The translations under genes were made by a program, and so were the position numbers. Of a DNA stretch of 35,804 nt, positions 22,891 through 34,601 are shown piece by piece (position 1 is the first letter of the stretch; each line of letters starts with the position of its first letter). This stretch comes from a virus. The DNA lies in IMG/VR virus record IMGVR_UViG_3300009173_000003; one strand, written 5' to 3'. A model generated the notes under the pieces. The model made no database searches, was not told where the DNA came from, and saw nothing but the letters and a program-made list of their open reading frames with translations.

Positions 22891-23247
22891 ATGGAAAGTA
22901 ACCTGTGGAGGTTCGTCCCAGCGGAAGCAGAGCTTCATGCTAAAGAGTCAGAGATGATGTACAAGAGAGCATTGATCGCCCAAGAAAGGGCTGAAGCTTT
23001 TCTAGCACAAGGCGATAAGGAAAGTGCTTCTAGGCTTTGTACTCATGGTTGGCTCAACCAAGACATATTGAGCGAAATTGATTACTCTGATTTGAACTAC
23101 GAGCAGTGCAAAAATTGTGGCAGTGTACTCGATGGTGAGCCAGCCTCGTTAGGTGGTAGTGGCAAAGTGGTAGAGCCTTGTGCCGTTGAAGGAGAGTGGA
23201 GTCCACTATATCTCAAAAACTATAGCTTAAAAAGAGAGGGAAAATGA
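22891..23247 (+). CDS. Hypothetical protein (118 aa) with four spaced cysteines; first gene of the opposite-strand cassette
   Basis: GAGGA lies 7 nt before the ATG. The N-terminus looks coiled-coil-like. Cysteines occur at RLCTHG, CKNCGS and EPCAVE, a possible Zn site. I see no HTH. Confidence 0.65.
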   Translation: MESNLWRFVPAEAELHAKESEMMYKRALIAQERAEAFLAQGDKESASRLCTHGWLNQDILSEIDYSDLNYEQCKNCGSVLDGEPASLGGSGKVVEPCAVEGEWSPLYLKNYSLKREGK

Positions 23248-23366
23248 CACCCACTGACCCTATCATCCATGCTCTAGCGTGGGGACTCATAGGTGGTCTT
23301 TTAGGCACCATTGTGATCGTTCTGGCTTACGATTGCATCCGGACGATCATCGGATGGTTCAAATGA
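23244..23366 (+). CDS. 40-aa single-pass membrane peptide (not in the ORF track)
   Basis: Manual translation gives MTPTDPIIHALAWGLIGGLLGTIVIVLAYDCIRTIIGWFK. ATGA overlaps occur at both ends (23244-23247 and 23363-23366). GAGAGGGAAA lies upstream. Confidence 0.65.
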   Translation: MTPTDPIIHALAWGLIGGLLGTIVIVLAYDCIRTIIGWFK

Positions 23367-23806
23367 GTGAAAAAAAATATACTGTAATCGAGACGGATAC
23401 AGATGGATACAAAAGATCTTACGAATGGACGGCCGTGGAGATTCTCGAAAGGATGGAGAAAGAGGTGGGCATTACCCATCTTGAATACGATTGCTGGCAA
23501 CAAAGCTGGAATGGACTGATGGAGTGCGATTGGCAGTCAATCCCAGAACTTGTCGCAGACAACAGAGAGAACAGGGCGATGAAGTTGTTCAAGGAAATGA
23601 AGCAAGAGATGGCTGAGGACTTGGCTAAATTAGTGGAGGAGCAAGACTTCGCTAGGAGACAACTACAACATTACGCAGCACAGATGCTTGAGTTTGAAAT
23701 TCTCACCAGAGATCCCCAAGAGGCTAAAGAGGCTATTACCCGTGAACGTATTCAGGTGGTATTCGGAGACACCCCATCGGGAGAGGAATCCGAAGTCATT
23801 TCGTAA
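23363..23806 (+). CDS. Acidic hypothetical protein (147 aa)
   Basis: I place the start at ATG 23363 (MSEKKYTVIETD...), which overlaps the stop of the 40-aa ORF. The ORF-track GTG start at 23279 lies inside that ORF. The 3' end overlaps the convergent minus-strand gene by 11 nt. Confidence 0.65.
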   Translation: MSEKKYTVIETDTDGYKRSYEWTAVEILERMEKEVGITHLEYDCWQQSWNGLMECDWQSIPELVADNRENRAMKLFKEMKQEMAEDLAKLVEEQDFARRQLQHYAAQMLEFEILTRDPQEAKEAITRERIQVVFGDTPSGEESEVIS

Positions 23807-24425
23807 TTAAGGCTCCGGCAACGAATCCCACTGCTGCCATCCACCAGTCGGCTTTGAGTCTCAAGCCAAACGAAGGCGAGGTAGCGTTTCTAAGGGCGGT
23901 GATCTGAGAGTCTTGGATCATCGCCCTCTCTTCATGCTCCACGATCACGGAACGTAGGCTTAGAACCAGGGCATTCGATTGTGTGGCCCTCATTCGCTCT
24001 GCGGCCGTCAACGCTCGTTCGACTTCTATGACTTCCTCTAAACTAGCTATCTGTATCTCGTAGCTATCTACTACCAGGTCCAGCTCTAACACTTGAGTAG
24101 AGTCCAGGCTTGCCCTCAAGCTCTGAGAGAGCTCCTCTGTCCGCTCGCGTTCGTTTTCTTGCGCCCTTACCAGCCTGGCTACCTCGAACTCCGCTAAGGC
24201 TCTCTGGGCGATAACTGCTGAATCAGCCCGGGCGAGTTCTTCGCCTAACGAATCTGCCACCGACTTTACCGAGTCCAACACAACTTCCTGAACCTCTAGC
24301 CTTTGTTCGGCATCATCGGCTATGCCACGATAGTAGCTGGCCTGAGTAGCACCACGAATACCTACGGCTAGTAGCCCTATCAGTGGAACCACAATCCATG
24401 CCCACCCCGGAATCCTAGTTGGCAT
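23796..24425 (-). CDS. Coiled-coil membrane protein in the spanin position (209 aa)
   Basis: It is the last gene of the lysis cassette and overlaps the endolysin 3' end by 11 nt. The N-terminal TMD is GWAWIVVPLIGLLAVGI. A long E/A/R/L-rich helical region follows. The C-terminal hydrophobic segment is WWMAAVGFVAGALI. The protein has no cysteine. Confidence 0.5.
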   Translation of the reverse strand: MPTRIPGWAWIVVPLIGLLAVGIRGATQASYYRGIADDAEQRLEVQEVVLDSVKSVADSLGEELARADSAVIAQRALAEFEVARLVRAQENERERTEELSQSLRASLDSTQVLELDLVVDSYEIQIASLEEVIEVERALTAAERMRATQSNALVLSLRSVIVEHEERAMIQDSQITALRNATSPSFGLRLKADWWMAAVGFVAGALITK

Positions 24426-24909
24426 TAGTTCCCCACCTCGCAGGGGCTATTCTGTCGAGCTTACCTCGAATATCAATGTGAGTGAAATTCTTATATCGGC
24501 CGATCCCGAACTCGGCAGCATCCTTATGGGACTTGAACCAGTCGGCTACTTGTCGATGCGTCCAGCCTATTTTCGTAATGTCGGCAGCTCCTCCGGTTGT
24601 GTGCATAGAATTGGTGACGCCACCAATGGTGTAATTGTACAACTTGGAACGATACCAGCTATTGATCAGCACAGGCCCAAATGGTGCAGTCTCTCGTAAT
24701 TCACACAGGAGCTCGCATAAGATTAATGCTGTCGGGATTTTGTCTTCTGCTGGAGCTTTCAGTATCGATTTCCATCGAGGTCGATCATGGGTCGAAGCTA
24801 TCGCTATGGCTTCCCGGCCAACGTCTGCAATCTCTAGCGGATGAAAATTCTTGATGCCTTTCGCCTGGAGTGCAGCTCCGCACACAGCAACCCATTCATC
24901 TTTCGTCAT
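24415..24909 (-). CDS. Endolysin, peptidase M15 (VanY/M15_3-like zinc peptidase), 164 aa
   Basis: The motifs are INSWYRSKLYNYTIGGVTNSMHTTGGAADI ... FGIGRYKNFTHIDIRG, which supply the H-x(6)-D and H-x-D zinc ligand pattern of M15 peptidoglycan peptidases. The gene lies between holin and spanin-position genes. Confidence 0.85.
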   Translation of the reverse strand: MTKDEWVAVCGAALQAKGIKNFHPLEIADVGREAIAIASTHDRPRWKSILKAPAEDKIPTALILCELLCELRETAPFGPVLINSWYRSKLYNYTIGGVTNSMHTTGGAADITKIGWTHRQVADWFKSHKDAAEFGIGRYKNFTHIDIRGKLDRIAPARWGTNAN

Positions 24910-25213
24910 CAGTGAAACCTGGAGAGTTGTCGAGCACTTCCGGGCGGCGTGGTTCTCTGGTTAATGATGCACCGATACCGCTCGCTATCGAGCCGAGTTG
25001 TGGCCCAAAATATTGTGCGATCCGAGGACCGGCTGCCCATGCCAATAATCCAGTGAATATCGTGCCTAAGAGGGCGTATGCAGCGTTTGGGACAGTCGCC
25101 CATAGGATAGCATCAAATACGATTAGAACAGCTGTAAACGCTAAAGAGGCGGTGAGCAGAACTCGGGCTGCCGACAGCTTTCCTTTCTCATCGGCCAGGA
25201 TCTGGAGCATCAT
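24896..25213 (-). CDS. Holin (105 aa from ATG 25213; an upstream in-frame ATG at 25231 gives 111 aa)
   Basis: Two or three TMDs are visible (AARVLLTASLAFTAVLIVFDAIL, AAYALLGTIFTGLLAWAAG), with a charged C-terminus. ATG 25213 forms an ATGA overlap with the upstream stop and has AGGA 9 nt upstream. Confidence 0.75.
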   Translation of the reverse strand: MMLQILADEKGKLSAARVLLTASLAFTAVLIVFDAILWATVPNAAYALLGTIFTGLLAWAAGPRIAQYFGPQLGSIASGIGASLTREPRRPEVLDNSPGFTDDER

Positions 25214-27036
25214 CGCCGGTTCCTGGCCCATCGACTTTGTTCTAGTAATCCTGGCACCGGTCCCAGTGCTGTTCCAGCTAACCCGGACGAATAGTTTCCT
25301 GGATTAGCCATCATAGTTTGGACAAATGGACGGCTGCCAACTACACGGCTCCCTAAATTCAAGAGTCCCCTATACACTGGCTGACCTAGAGCCGCCCCTA
25401 CTGCCATTCCAGACCCTCCCGGAACAAGAGCAGATCCAACCGCTCCCCCGGCCAGCGTACTGGCAGCATTAATGTTGGGAGCAAGGTTTTGTATCCCAGT
25501 TAGGGGCTGTGATTGACTTCCGGTAGCCCTTGTGACTTGTGCCATTCTGCTCAACGCATTCGCGTCATCCAATGCTCCGGGCGTATTCTGGAATACATGA
25601 GTCCCCGTCCGAGGCATATTGGGAGTTCCCATATTTAGCTTATTGAATAATTTTGATGGCGCAAAATCGGTAGTAGCGTGGGCGGCGTTGCTGGACCATG
25701 CTGCGGTTTGTGCGACATCTCGAGCGATAGCATCACGCCCAGATTGCGGCAACAATGCCATAACACGTTGCACTCTGTCCGGGTTACCACGGCCGCTCCC
25801 GACAATTTTACTGATCAACTGATCCGTACCATCTTCTGCTCCAGTCGCAGCCCTGAAGACAACCCGGTCTACTCTATATGGAGCGACAGAGTTTTTGAAA
25901 TACTCCATAGCCACATTATGAGCTTCACCACCAGTTTTTAGGTTGCTCGTTGCCCATGAGTCCATGTCATCTGCGATACTACTGAGCAAGAATTTTGCAC
26001 GACCATCGCCTACACCAGTCGCAGCTAACGGATTATCTACTAGTTCGTTAAGTGCTTTCTGCCAGTTGCGAAGTCTGCTATACGAAATCGGGTTGCCATC
26101 GTCTATCGCTTGTTGAATTGTCTTAGCCAGCCTGTCCACAGTACCGCCAGGGACATCTTTGAGCTCTTCGACTACTTGAGCGACTGTGCTTCTCGTTGAG
26201 TCGAGTGGAACTGTTGACCCTTGAGCTGCTCGAGATGCGTCATCGAACAAAGCTGTGGATTGTTGCTTCACTACCTTGTAACCATCCTCGAGCAAATCTG
26301 CTACCACTCGGTCAGAGCTTTTCCCGGCCACCTTGGGCGCGACATCATCTGCAAACTGTTGAGCTGCATTTCTCATTTGGTTTGCCTGGTTCGATGCTTG
26401 TCTCACTGCTGGCCCACTTCTTGCCGCAGTCAGGAAATCTTCTACCCCCTGAACTCCTGTATCAATGTCGCCAGCTCTAGGGGTCACATTGAGTCGAGAT
26501 GCGTCATCGAGATACTGTTCAGCACCTTCCTGTAATAGGCCTAATCCACGATTAACTACACGACCGCCAACCCGAGAGACACCACCACCGGTGAGCACAC
26601 TAGCCGGGAACCGGAGGTAACCGGGAATGTCTGGGACTTCATTTTTGTTTAGATCTATTTTCGACAGTGCGTGATCGGTCGCTGTCCCAACAAGCCCAGA
26701 CGCAGCCCCTACTACCATTCCAGGTGGGCCACCCATCATAAGGCCAATACCACCACCGACTAAAGCGGAAGTGACATAGTCAGAAGTCCTCGACTTAGTC
26801 TCCGGGTCTTCCGAGTCCCGATTAGCCAGAGCTTCTTTGAGCTCGGAAAATGTTGTAAATGTCGTTCCGCCCTCGGCAAGGCCGTGCCAGTCGCCATTAC
26901 TGTCTTTAAAGCCAGTGGCACCGGGTGCGTAAAAGTCTTCCCAGATCGCTTTTCCTAATGCCTCACCTTCCAAGTTCCCATATCTCTCGGGGAATCGCAG
27001 TTTCACAGATTCATATAGTTCATGTAGTTTATCCAT
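25210..27036 (-). CDS. Putative internal virion / DNA-ejection protein (608 aa)
   Basis: It is the last of three large ORFs after the tail genes. It has Gly-rich hydrophobic segments (ALVGGGIGLMMGGPPGMVVGAASGLVG) and no enzymatic motif. TAATG overlap with the upstream gene. Confidence 0.5.
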   Translation of the reverse strand: MDKLHELYESVKLRFPERYGNLEGEALGKAIWEDFYAPGATGFKDSNGDWHGLAEGGTTFTTFSELKEALANRDSEDPETKSRTSDYVTSALVGGGIGLMMGGPPGMVVGAASGLVGTATDHALSKIDLNKNEVPDIPGYLRFPASVLTGGGVSRVGGRVVNRGLGLLQEGAEQYLDDASRLNVTPRAGDIDTGVQGVEDFLTAARSGPAVRQASNQANQMRNAAQQFADDVAPKVAGKSSDRVVADLLEDGYKVVKQQSTALFDDASRAAQGSTVPLDSTRSTVAQVVEELKDVPGGTVDRLAKTIQQAIDDGNPISYSRLRNWQKALNELVDNPLAATGVGDGRAKFLLSSIADDMDSWATSNLKTGGEAHNVAMEYFKNSVAPYRVDRVVFRAATGAEDGTDQLISKIVGSGRGNPDRVQRVMALLPQSGRDAIARDVAQTAAWSSNAAHATTDFAPSKLFNKLNMGTPNMPRTGTHVFQNTPGALDDANALSRMAQVTRATGSQSQPLTGIQNLAPNINAASTLAGGAVGSALVPGGSGMAVGAALGQPVYRGLLNLGSRVVGSRPFVQTMMANPGNYSSGLAGTALGPVPGLLEQSRWARNRR

Positions 27037-28508
27037 TATCGCTGCTCCTCTTCATTTTTATTCAACCCCCACGGGTCAGTAGAATTACGCCATAAGCGTT
27101 CTTCTTCGCCGTACTGATTTAAGATACTTTGGGCGTCCTCCATGAAACTTGCTTGCACAGCAGCGTACTGTCCTTCCACCTTAGTTTGTCCACCTACTTG
27201 AACCATGTTGCCAGCCCACCTGACCGCGTCTTGGATGTAGGCTTTTCTCATCAGCTCCAGCATTGCCCTGAGCTCTTCCTCGCTCATTGATCGATCCTTA
27301 GCGGCCATCTTTTCTGACACCCGGAACTCAAAGTCTGACTTGGCTCCAGTGAAGTTTCGTAGAATTGCTAGAGCCCGGTCACTACCTAACCTTTCAAATG
27401 TTCCCATAATCGCTAACAATCGGGAATCGCCAGCCCACCGAACAGCAGCATCAGAAAAGGGGTTGCCTCTCAGGAATCCAGCTATTTTTGCAAAATCATC
27501 ATCGTTTACAATTCCAAGGGTCTGATCCACGTTGTCCAGAGATGGTAGCAGCTCGTTGTATATGGTCCCCCGGCCGTTGTAGATCTCTGAAATCCAGGCG
27601 TTCATTCCTTCGATTGCCGGGTCTTGTGGAGCCGGGCCTTCATCTCCAAGGTGGAATGTAGTGCTGGCCGGCGATTTAAAGGATTTCCACAATGCTTGTT
27701 TGTTCGGATCAAGTCCTGCATACCAATCAAACTGATCTCGTTCTAGTTCCTCGTCCGTCTTGCCAGGGTTAACCAGCTCTTCGAGCATCTTGAGTGTCTG
27801 AGGACTATCTGCATAGCCCATTAACTCTTCTCTTTTCTCTTCCGTAAGATCCGGCATATCAGCGATCAAATTTCCTGCGATAGCTTGTCGCCTTGCTAAC
27901 GACTCAACTTCTGAATCCGTTTCTGCGAGGGCTGCAGCTTGCTCGGCTGCTGCCTCAGCTCTAGCCGCTTCCAGTGTCCGTTGCTGGCCTCGCTGTGCTA
28001 CACCGGCAGCTGTGCCGGCCCCGAGTGATCCTAAGAAACTTGACCCGGGTTGTGATGCCGCCTGAGACATTGCACCACCAGCTGCAAGTAACAGCTCCGG
28101 AGTATTCTCTCGACTCAGGTACGAACCGATCTGCCCGAGAAAGCCTTGCGGATCTTGAGTCCCATTTTCAGTGCCATCGCCTGTCGATGTACCAATCTCG
28201 TTAATCTTTGACCCAGGAGTTTGAGCCAGAAGCTCAGCTACACTCTGGCCGATATTCGTTTGTGGTTGTGATGTCCCGGGATTCATGCCGGAGATAGCTG
28301 ACGGAGTTCCGTAAGCGGCAGATTGCTGCCGTCTAGTATCGCCTTCATTCATCATCGAGCGCCAGTCGCTTTGTGGACTAGCACTCTGTCGATTCAGGAA
28401 TGGACCGGTCGCATCCAGGACGTTGGAGCCCACCCCTAAGTCGGTCATCCGAGTCCCCGGTCTACTCCGAAGTAGGTCCAGCCATTGCTGTGGATTTGTG
28501 TATGCCAT
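27036..28508 (-). CDS. Putative internal virion / DNA-ejection protein (490 aa)
   Basis: GGAGAGAGAC lies before the ATG. The N-terminal half is low-complexity and S/G/Q-rich; the C-terminal half is helical. It sits between two other large virion-module ORFs. Confidence 0.5.
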   Translation of the reverse strand: MAYTNPQQWLDLLRSRPGTRMTDLGVGSNVLDATGPFLNRQSASPQSDWRSMMNEGDTRRQQSAAYGTPSAISGMNPGTSQPQTNIGQSVAELLAQTPGSKINEIGTSTGDGTENGTQDPQGFLGQIGSYLSRENTPELLLAAGGAMSQAASQPGSSFLGSLGAGTAAGVAQRGQQRTLEAARAEAAAEQAAALAETDSEVESLARRQAIAGNLIADMPDLTEEKREELMGYADSPQTLKMLEELVNPGKTDEELERDQFDWYAGLDPNKQALWKSFKSPASTTFHLGDEGPAPQDPAIEGMNAWISEIYNGRGTIYNELLPSLDNVDQTLGIVNDDDFAKIAGFLRGNPFSDAAVRWAGDSRLLAIMGTFERLGSDRALAILRNFTGAKSDFEFRVSEKMAAKDRSMSEEELRAMLELMRKAYIQDAVRWAGNMVQVGGQTKVEGQYAAVQASFMEDAQSILNQYGEEERLWRNSTDPWGLNKNEEEQR

Positions 28509-28517
28509 GTCTCTCTC

Positions 28518-31916
<3,399 letters not shown>

Positions 31917-31917
31917 T

Positions 31918-32319
31918 TTATCCTCCTAGTTCTTTAACGAGCATCACGCTCTTGTAGTCGTAGCCGTACGGCTCCAAAACCTTCTCCCAGCCTTTTCGTC
32001 CTAACAATTCGATTCCTTCACACTCATGTAATTCTGCATAGTAATCAGCTGCTTCCATGACAGCATCCAGGTTTGCTCTTTGCGTCCCTGTTTTACCACC
32101 GAACAACCATATTCTCAGCATTCTTTTGCGTGGATACAGCATGATCTTGAAGACGGCAGCCCCATCCTTTACAGGGTAGAAAACAGCTTCGCCGTCTTCG
32201 ATGTCTTTCCACACATCTTCAATGTCCCACTGCTGTCCACTCTTGGCTAACGCCTTAACCATAAATGGCTTGCAATGTTCCCATGCCTCTGCGAATCCTT
32301 GAAGGTCAACTGATTTCAT
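31918..32319 (-). CDS. Hypothetical protein of the tail/virion module (133 aa)
   Basis: It is coupled to both neighbours (1-nt overlap upstream; 1-nt gap to the 1132-aa gene). The pattern ...LRIWLFGGKTG...AADYYAELHECEGIELLGRKGWEKVL is faintly GNAT-like, but I cannot support that call. Confidence 0.6.
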   Translation of the reverse strand: MKSVDLQGFAEAWEHCKPFMVKALAKSGQQWDIEDVWKDIEDGEAVFYPVKDGAAVFKIMLYPRKRMLRIWLFGGKTGTQRANLDAVMEAADYYAELHECEGIELLGRKGWEKVLEPYGYDYKSVMLVKELGG

Positions 32320-32561
32320 CAGACTGCACTCGTTGACAAGGCACCGGCGTCAGACACTACCACCTGGTAGCGTGTACCATTCGCACTAACCAGAATCAGG
32401 CGTTCATTGTTCGCCAAGTCTACATCCTGGAAATGCTTAAAATTCGTGTGGTCGGATTCTTCGAGAGCTCTGTTATTCGACATCTCCAGGCTTCGATCAT
32501 ATTCGTCTGGTGGAGGAGCCAGCGTTAATCGCCTCACTCCTGCCGGAGCCTGTACGCTCAT
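32319..32561 (-). CDS. Hypothetical protein (80 aa)
   Basis: ATGA overlap with the 514-aa gene and TGATG overlap with the next gene. Confidence 0.6.
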   Translation of the reverse strand: MSVQAPAGVRRLTLAPPPDEYDRSLEMSNNRALEESDHTNFKHFQDVDLANNERLILVSANGTRYQVVVSDAGALSTSAV

Positions 32562-34102
32562 CGTCTACCCCCAGGTTGGAGTTCAAGCCTCGGTACGCCG
32601 ACATTCCAAGCAGCACTTGAGCTGCTAGTACATCTCATGCGACACGTTCTGCCAGTAAAGCGCACAGAGGTTGGGGCAGTCATCGTGAACGGCCCATGAG
32701 TTGTGTCGCTGTCGGTTGGATATAGCCTAGTGTAGAACGTGGTTGTGATGTCTCCCAGGGATGTAACGTCCGGGATTAGGCTGGTGCAACTCAAAACGCG
32801 GTCACCATTGCCGAGTTCGATAGGCCCAGATTCGACATACGGCACCTTCGCTGCCTGTCCGACATCGGCATAAGTATTCCCTACTTCGTGTTCGTAAGGG
32901 TTGCCGGACGCGTCAAACATAATCGGCTGCAGGAATATGCCACGGCTAGTTACGGCCGTGCGTCCTAGTGTTCCGGTAGACCAATGCTCTTCGACATAGT
33001 TATACGAGATATAGGCATCGACCTCGTCAGTAGAACTCGGGTAGAACCACACCACTTCATTGAACAAAGTATTATGCCAGGCTACGACTTTTGACGCCTG
33101 AGCCTGGTTCATTTCGGTAAGTAAAAAAGATTCGACATCGCACGGGATGGAGCGCAAAGTTCCATCGTACATGAAGAAACCTCGGGCTGATCGACCCATC
33201 CAGTATGCCGTGGGTCCAGCTACGGCTACTGCATTGGCGCAGACAGGGCCACAGGCGTCTCCTATGCGATCAAACGAGTAGACATAGGGCAACCCTACAT
33301 AAGTGGCGAGGTGGGCATCTATAGTCGTGAAAATCAAAAGACGATCCCTAACTTTTACGGCTCCAAGTAGGTCACCTTCAGTGTCTAGGATATGATCTCC
33401 TGACTGATTTGTGGAGCTGGGTGTCCAGTCAGTATTGTCCTCCGAGTCAGACCAGAATATTCTGCGTCTGTCCCGAGTAGCTTCTGCGCCACCAGACGGA
33501 GTGCCTCCGAATACCATCTGGATACGTTCACTGGTAACTGCTGTGGCGATAGCAAACTGAGGTGAATTGGCTATCCTGGCAGCTTTCGCACTTCCCGGTG
33601 AAGCTGTGCTTGCATCCCACATATAAACATCGCCATCGTCTGGTGTGCAACCTACAAGATTTTCGCCCCATAGGTCGAACGACCAGATCGTGGCCGGTTC
33701 CGGAATCCCCAAGTCTGGGCGAGGATTTCCGTATGTTGACTGTCCGTAAACTGCGTTTCCGTAGCCGATATTGGGATTTGCGCTGGTTCTGCCGGCCGTG
33801 AAGCCTGTCGGTGTTATGTCGTGGAGGGTGGCTGCCGAATCGTAGGCGTATAGCTTCGCGGCTGTGCCTACAGCCAACCAACGCCGGAAAGTGTTGTCCA
33901 TCCAGGGCAAAGCTGTGCGGCCGACACCAGTAATCGCCGTGGTGTTGTCGCCCCAAGTTCTCCATCCACCTATCGGGCCGAGAGCCCCCACAGACCAACG
34001 CATGAGGTCGGCGTCATACCACCGGCCTCGGGCTTGGTAGAGAGTGCCGTTTTTCCAAACGCCAGGCTCAAATTGAAGGGGAACGAACTCGGCGACTGGC
34101 AT
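32558..34102 (-). CDS. Putative tail hub / nozzle protein (514 aa)
   Basis: Large beta-rich protein with W/Y/G-rich repeated strands, lying downstream of the fibre gene and upstream of the ejection-protein genes. The function is inferred from position only. Confidence 0.45.
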   Translation of the reverse strand: MPVAEFVPLQFEPGVWKNGTLYQARGRWYDADLMRWSVGALGPIGGWRTWGDNTTAITGVGRTALPWMDNTFRRWLAVGTAAKLYAYDSAATLHDITPTGFTAGRTSANPNIGYGNAVYGQSTYGNPRPDLGIPEPATIWSFDLWGENLVGCTPDDGDVYMWDASTASPGSAKAARIANSPQFAIATAVTSERIQMVFGGTPSGGAEATRDRRRIFWSDSEDNTDWTPSSTNQSGDHILDTEGDLLGAVKVRDRLLIFTTIDAHLATYVGLPYVYSFDRIGDACGPVCANAVAVAGPTAYWMGRSARGFFMYDGTLRSIPCDVESFLLTEMNQAQASKVVAWHNTLFNEVVWFYPSSTDEVDAYISYNYVEEHWSTGTLGRTAVTSRGIFLQPIMFDASGNPYEHEVGNTYADVGQAAKVPYVESGPIELGNGDRVLSCTSLIPDVTSLGDITTTFYTRLYPTDSDTTHGPFTMTAPTSVRFTGRTCRMRCTSSSSAAWNVGVPRLELQPGGRR

Positions 34103-34443
34103 TATTTTATCGCGCCGTTCGTCTGTGGCTTGAGCATGATGTGCGGATTGTCATCGCCTAGCTCGCCACCGGCAATTTCACGGCCAGCCATCCCGAGCAT
34201 TTGGTATGCCAACCCGATATTTGCATCGATTTGTTCCAGGTGGTCCAATCGTTCTTTTTTTGCCTGGAACAACTCCCGTAAAGTTACCGCTTGCTCCAAG
34301 GTAAGTGGCACCCTGTCATCCAAGATGATTGTCCCGTTAGTTGACCCGGAAGTCGTAGCGGTGCTCAAGTCAGCACCCTCAATCACGGGTCCGGGATTTG
34401 AGGTTTGCAATTTCGACTTCGGTTCTGCTAATTCTTTCCCCAT
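34102..34443 (-). CDS. Hypothetical protein (113 aa)
   Basis: It has a single possible start at 34443. Its TAA overlaps the ATG of the 514-aa gene. It overlaps the preceding 73-aa ORF by 65 nt. Confidence 0.55.
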   Translation of the reverse strand: MGKELAEPKSKLQTSNPGPVIEGADLSTATTSGSTNGTIILDDRVPLTLEQAVTLRELFQAKKERLDHLEQIDANIGLAYQMLGMAGREIAGGELGDDNPHIMLKPQTNGAIK

Positions 34444-34600
34444 GCGTATCTACCTTTTCGTCTAGTCGCGATACGATTCGCTCCATCTGGGCCAACGTCT
34501 CGCGAGTTCCATTTAGTCCAGCCTTAACTCCGCCATAAGCGGCCCCTGCTGCTGCTGGAATAGCGAGCAGGGATACTAAATTCATCATTTCAGCTTCCAT
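34379..34600 (-). CDS. Small membrane-anchored coiled-coil protein (73 aa)
   Basis: ATG at 34600 lies 1 nt after the fibre stop; the ORF-track start at 34615 is a TTG inside the fibre gene. The sequence is MEAEMMNLVSLLAIPAAAGAAYGGV followed by a heptad-like ETLAQMERIVSRLDEKVDTHGERISRTEVEIANL. Confidence 0.55.
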   Translation of the reverse strand: MEAEMMNLVSLLAIPAAAGAAYGGVKAGLNGTRETLAQMERIVSRLDEKVDTHGERISRTEVEIANLKSRTRD

Positions 34601-34601
34601 G

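Noticed and set aside
23279-23362. GTG-initiated extension of the 147-aa plus-strand gene
   Set aside because: It lies in another frame of the well-supported 40-aa membrane-peptide ORF. ATG 23363 gives an ATGA coupling junction.
23807-23880. Terminator for the plus-strand cassette (ggctttgagtctcaagcc hairpin)
   Set aside because: Only a 5-bp stem is possible, with no following T-tract, and it lies inside the coding sequence of the convergent gene.
23796-24425. Embedded Rz1-like o-spanin in an alternative frame
   Set aside because: I translated both alternative minus-strand frames. They are full of stops. The longest Met-initiated peptide (MDCGSTDRATS..., about 27 aa) has no signal sequence or lipobox.
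33528-33998. 156-aa alternative-frame minus ORF within the 514-aa gene
   Set aside because: It is completely nested and has Arg/Cys/His-rich atypical composition. The host frame is coupled to both neighbours.
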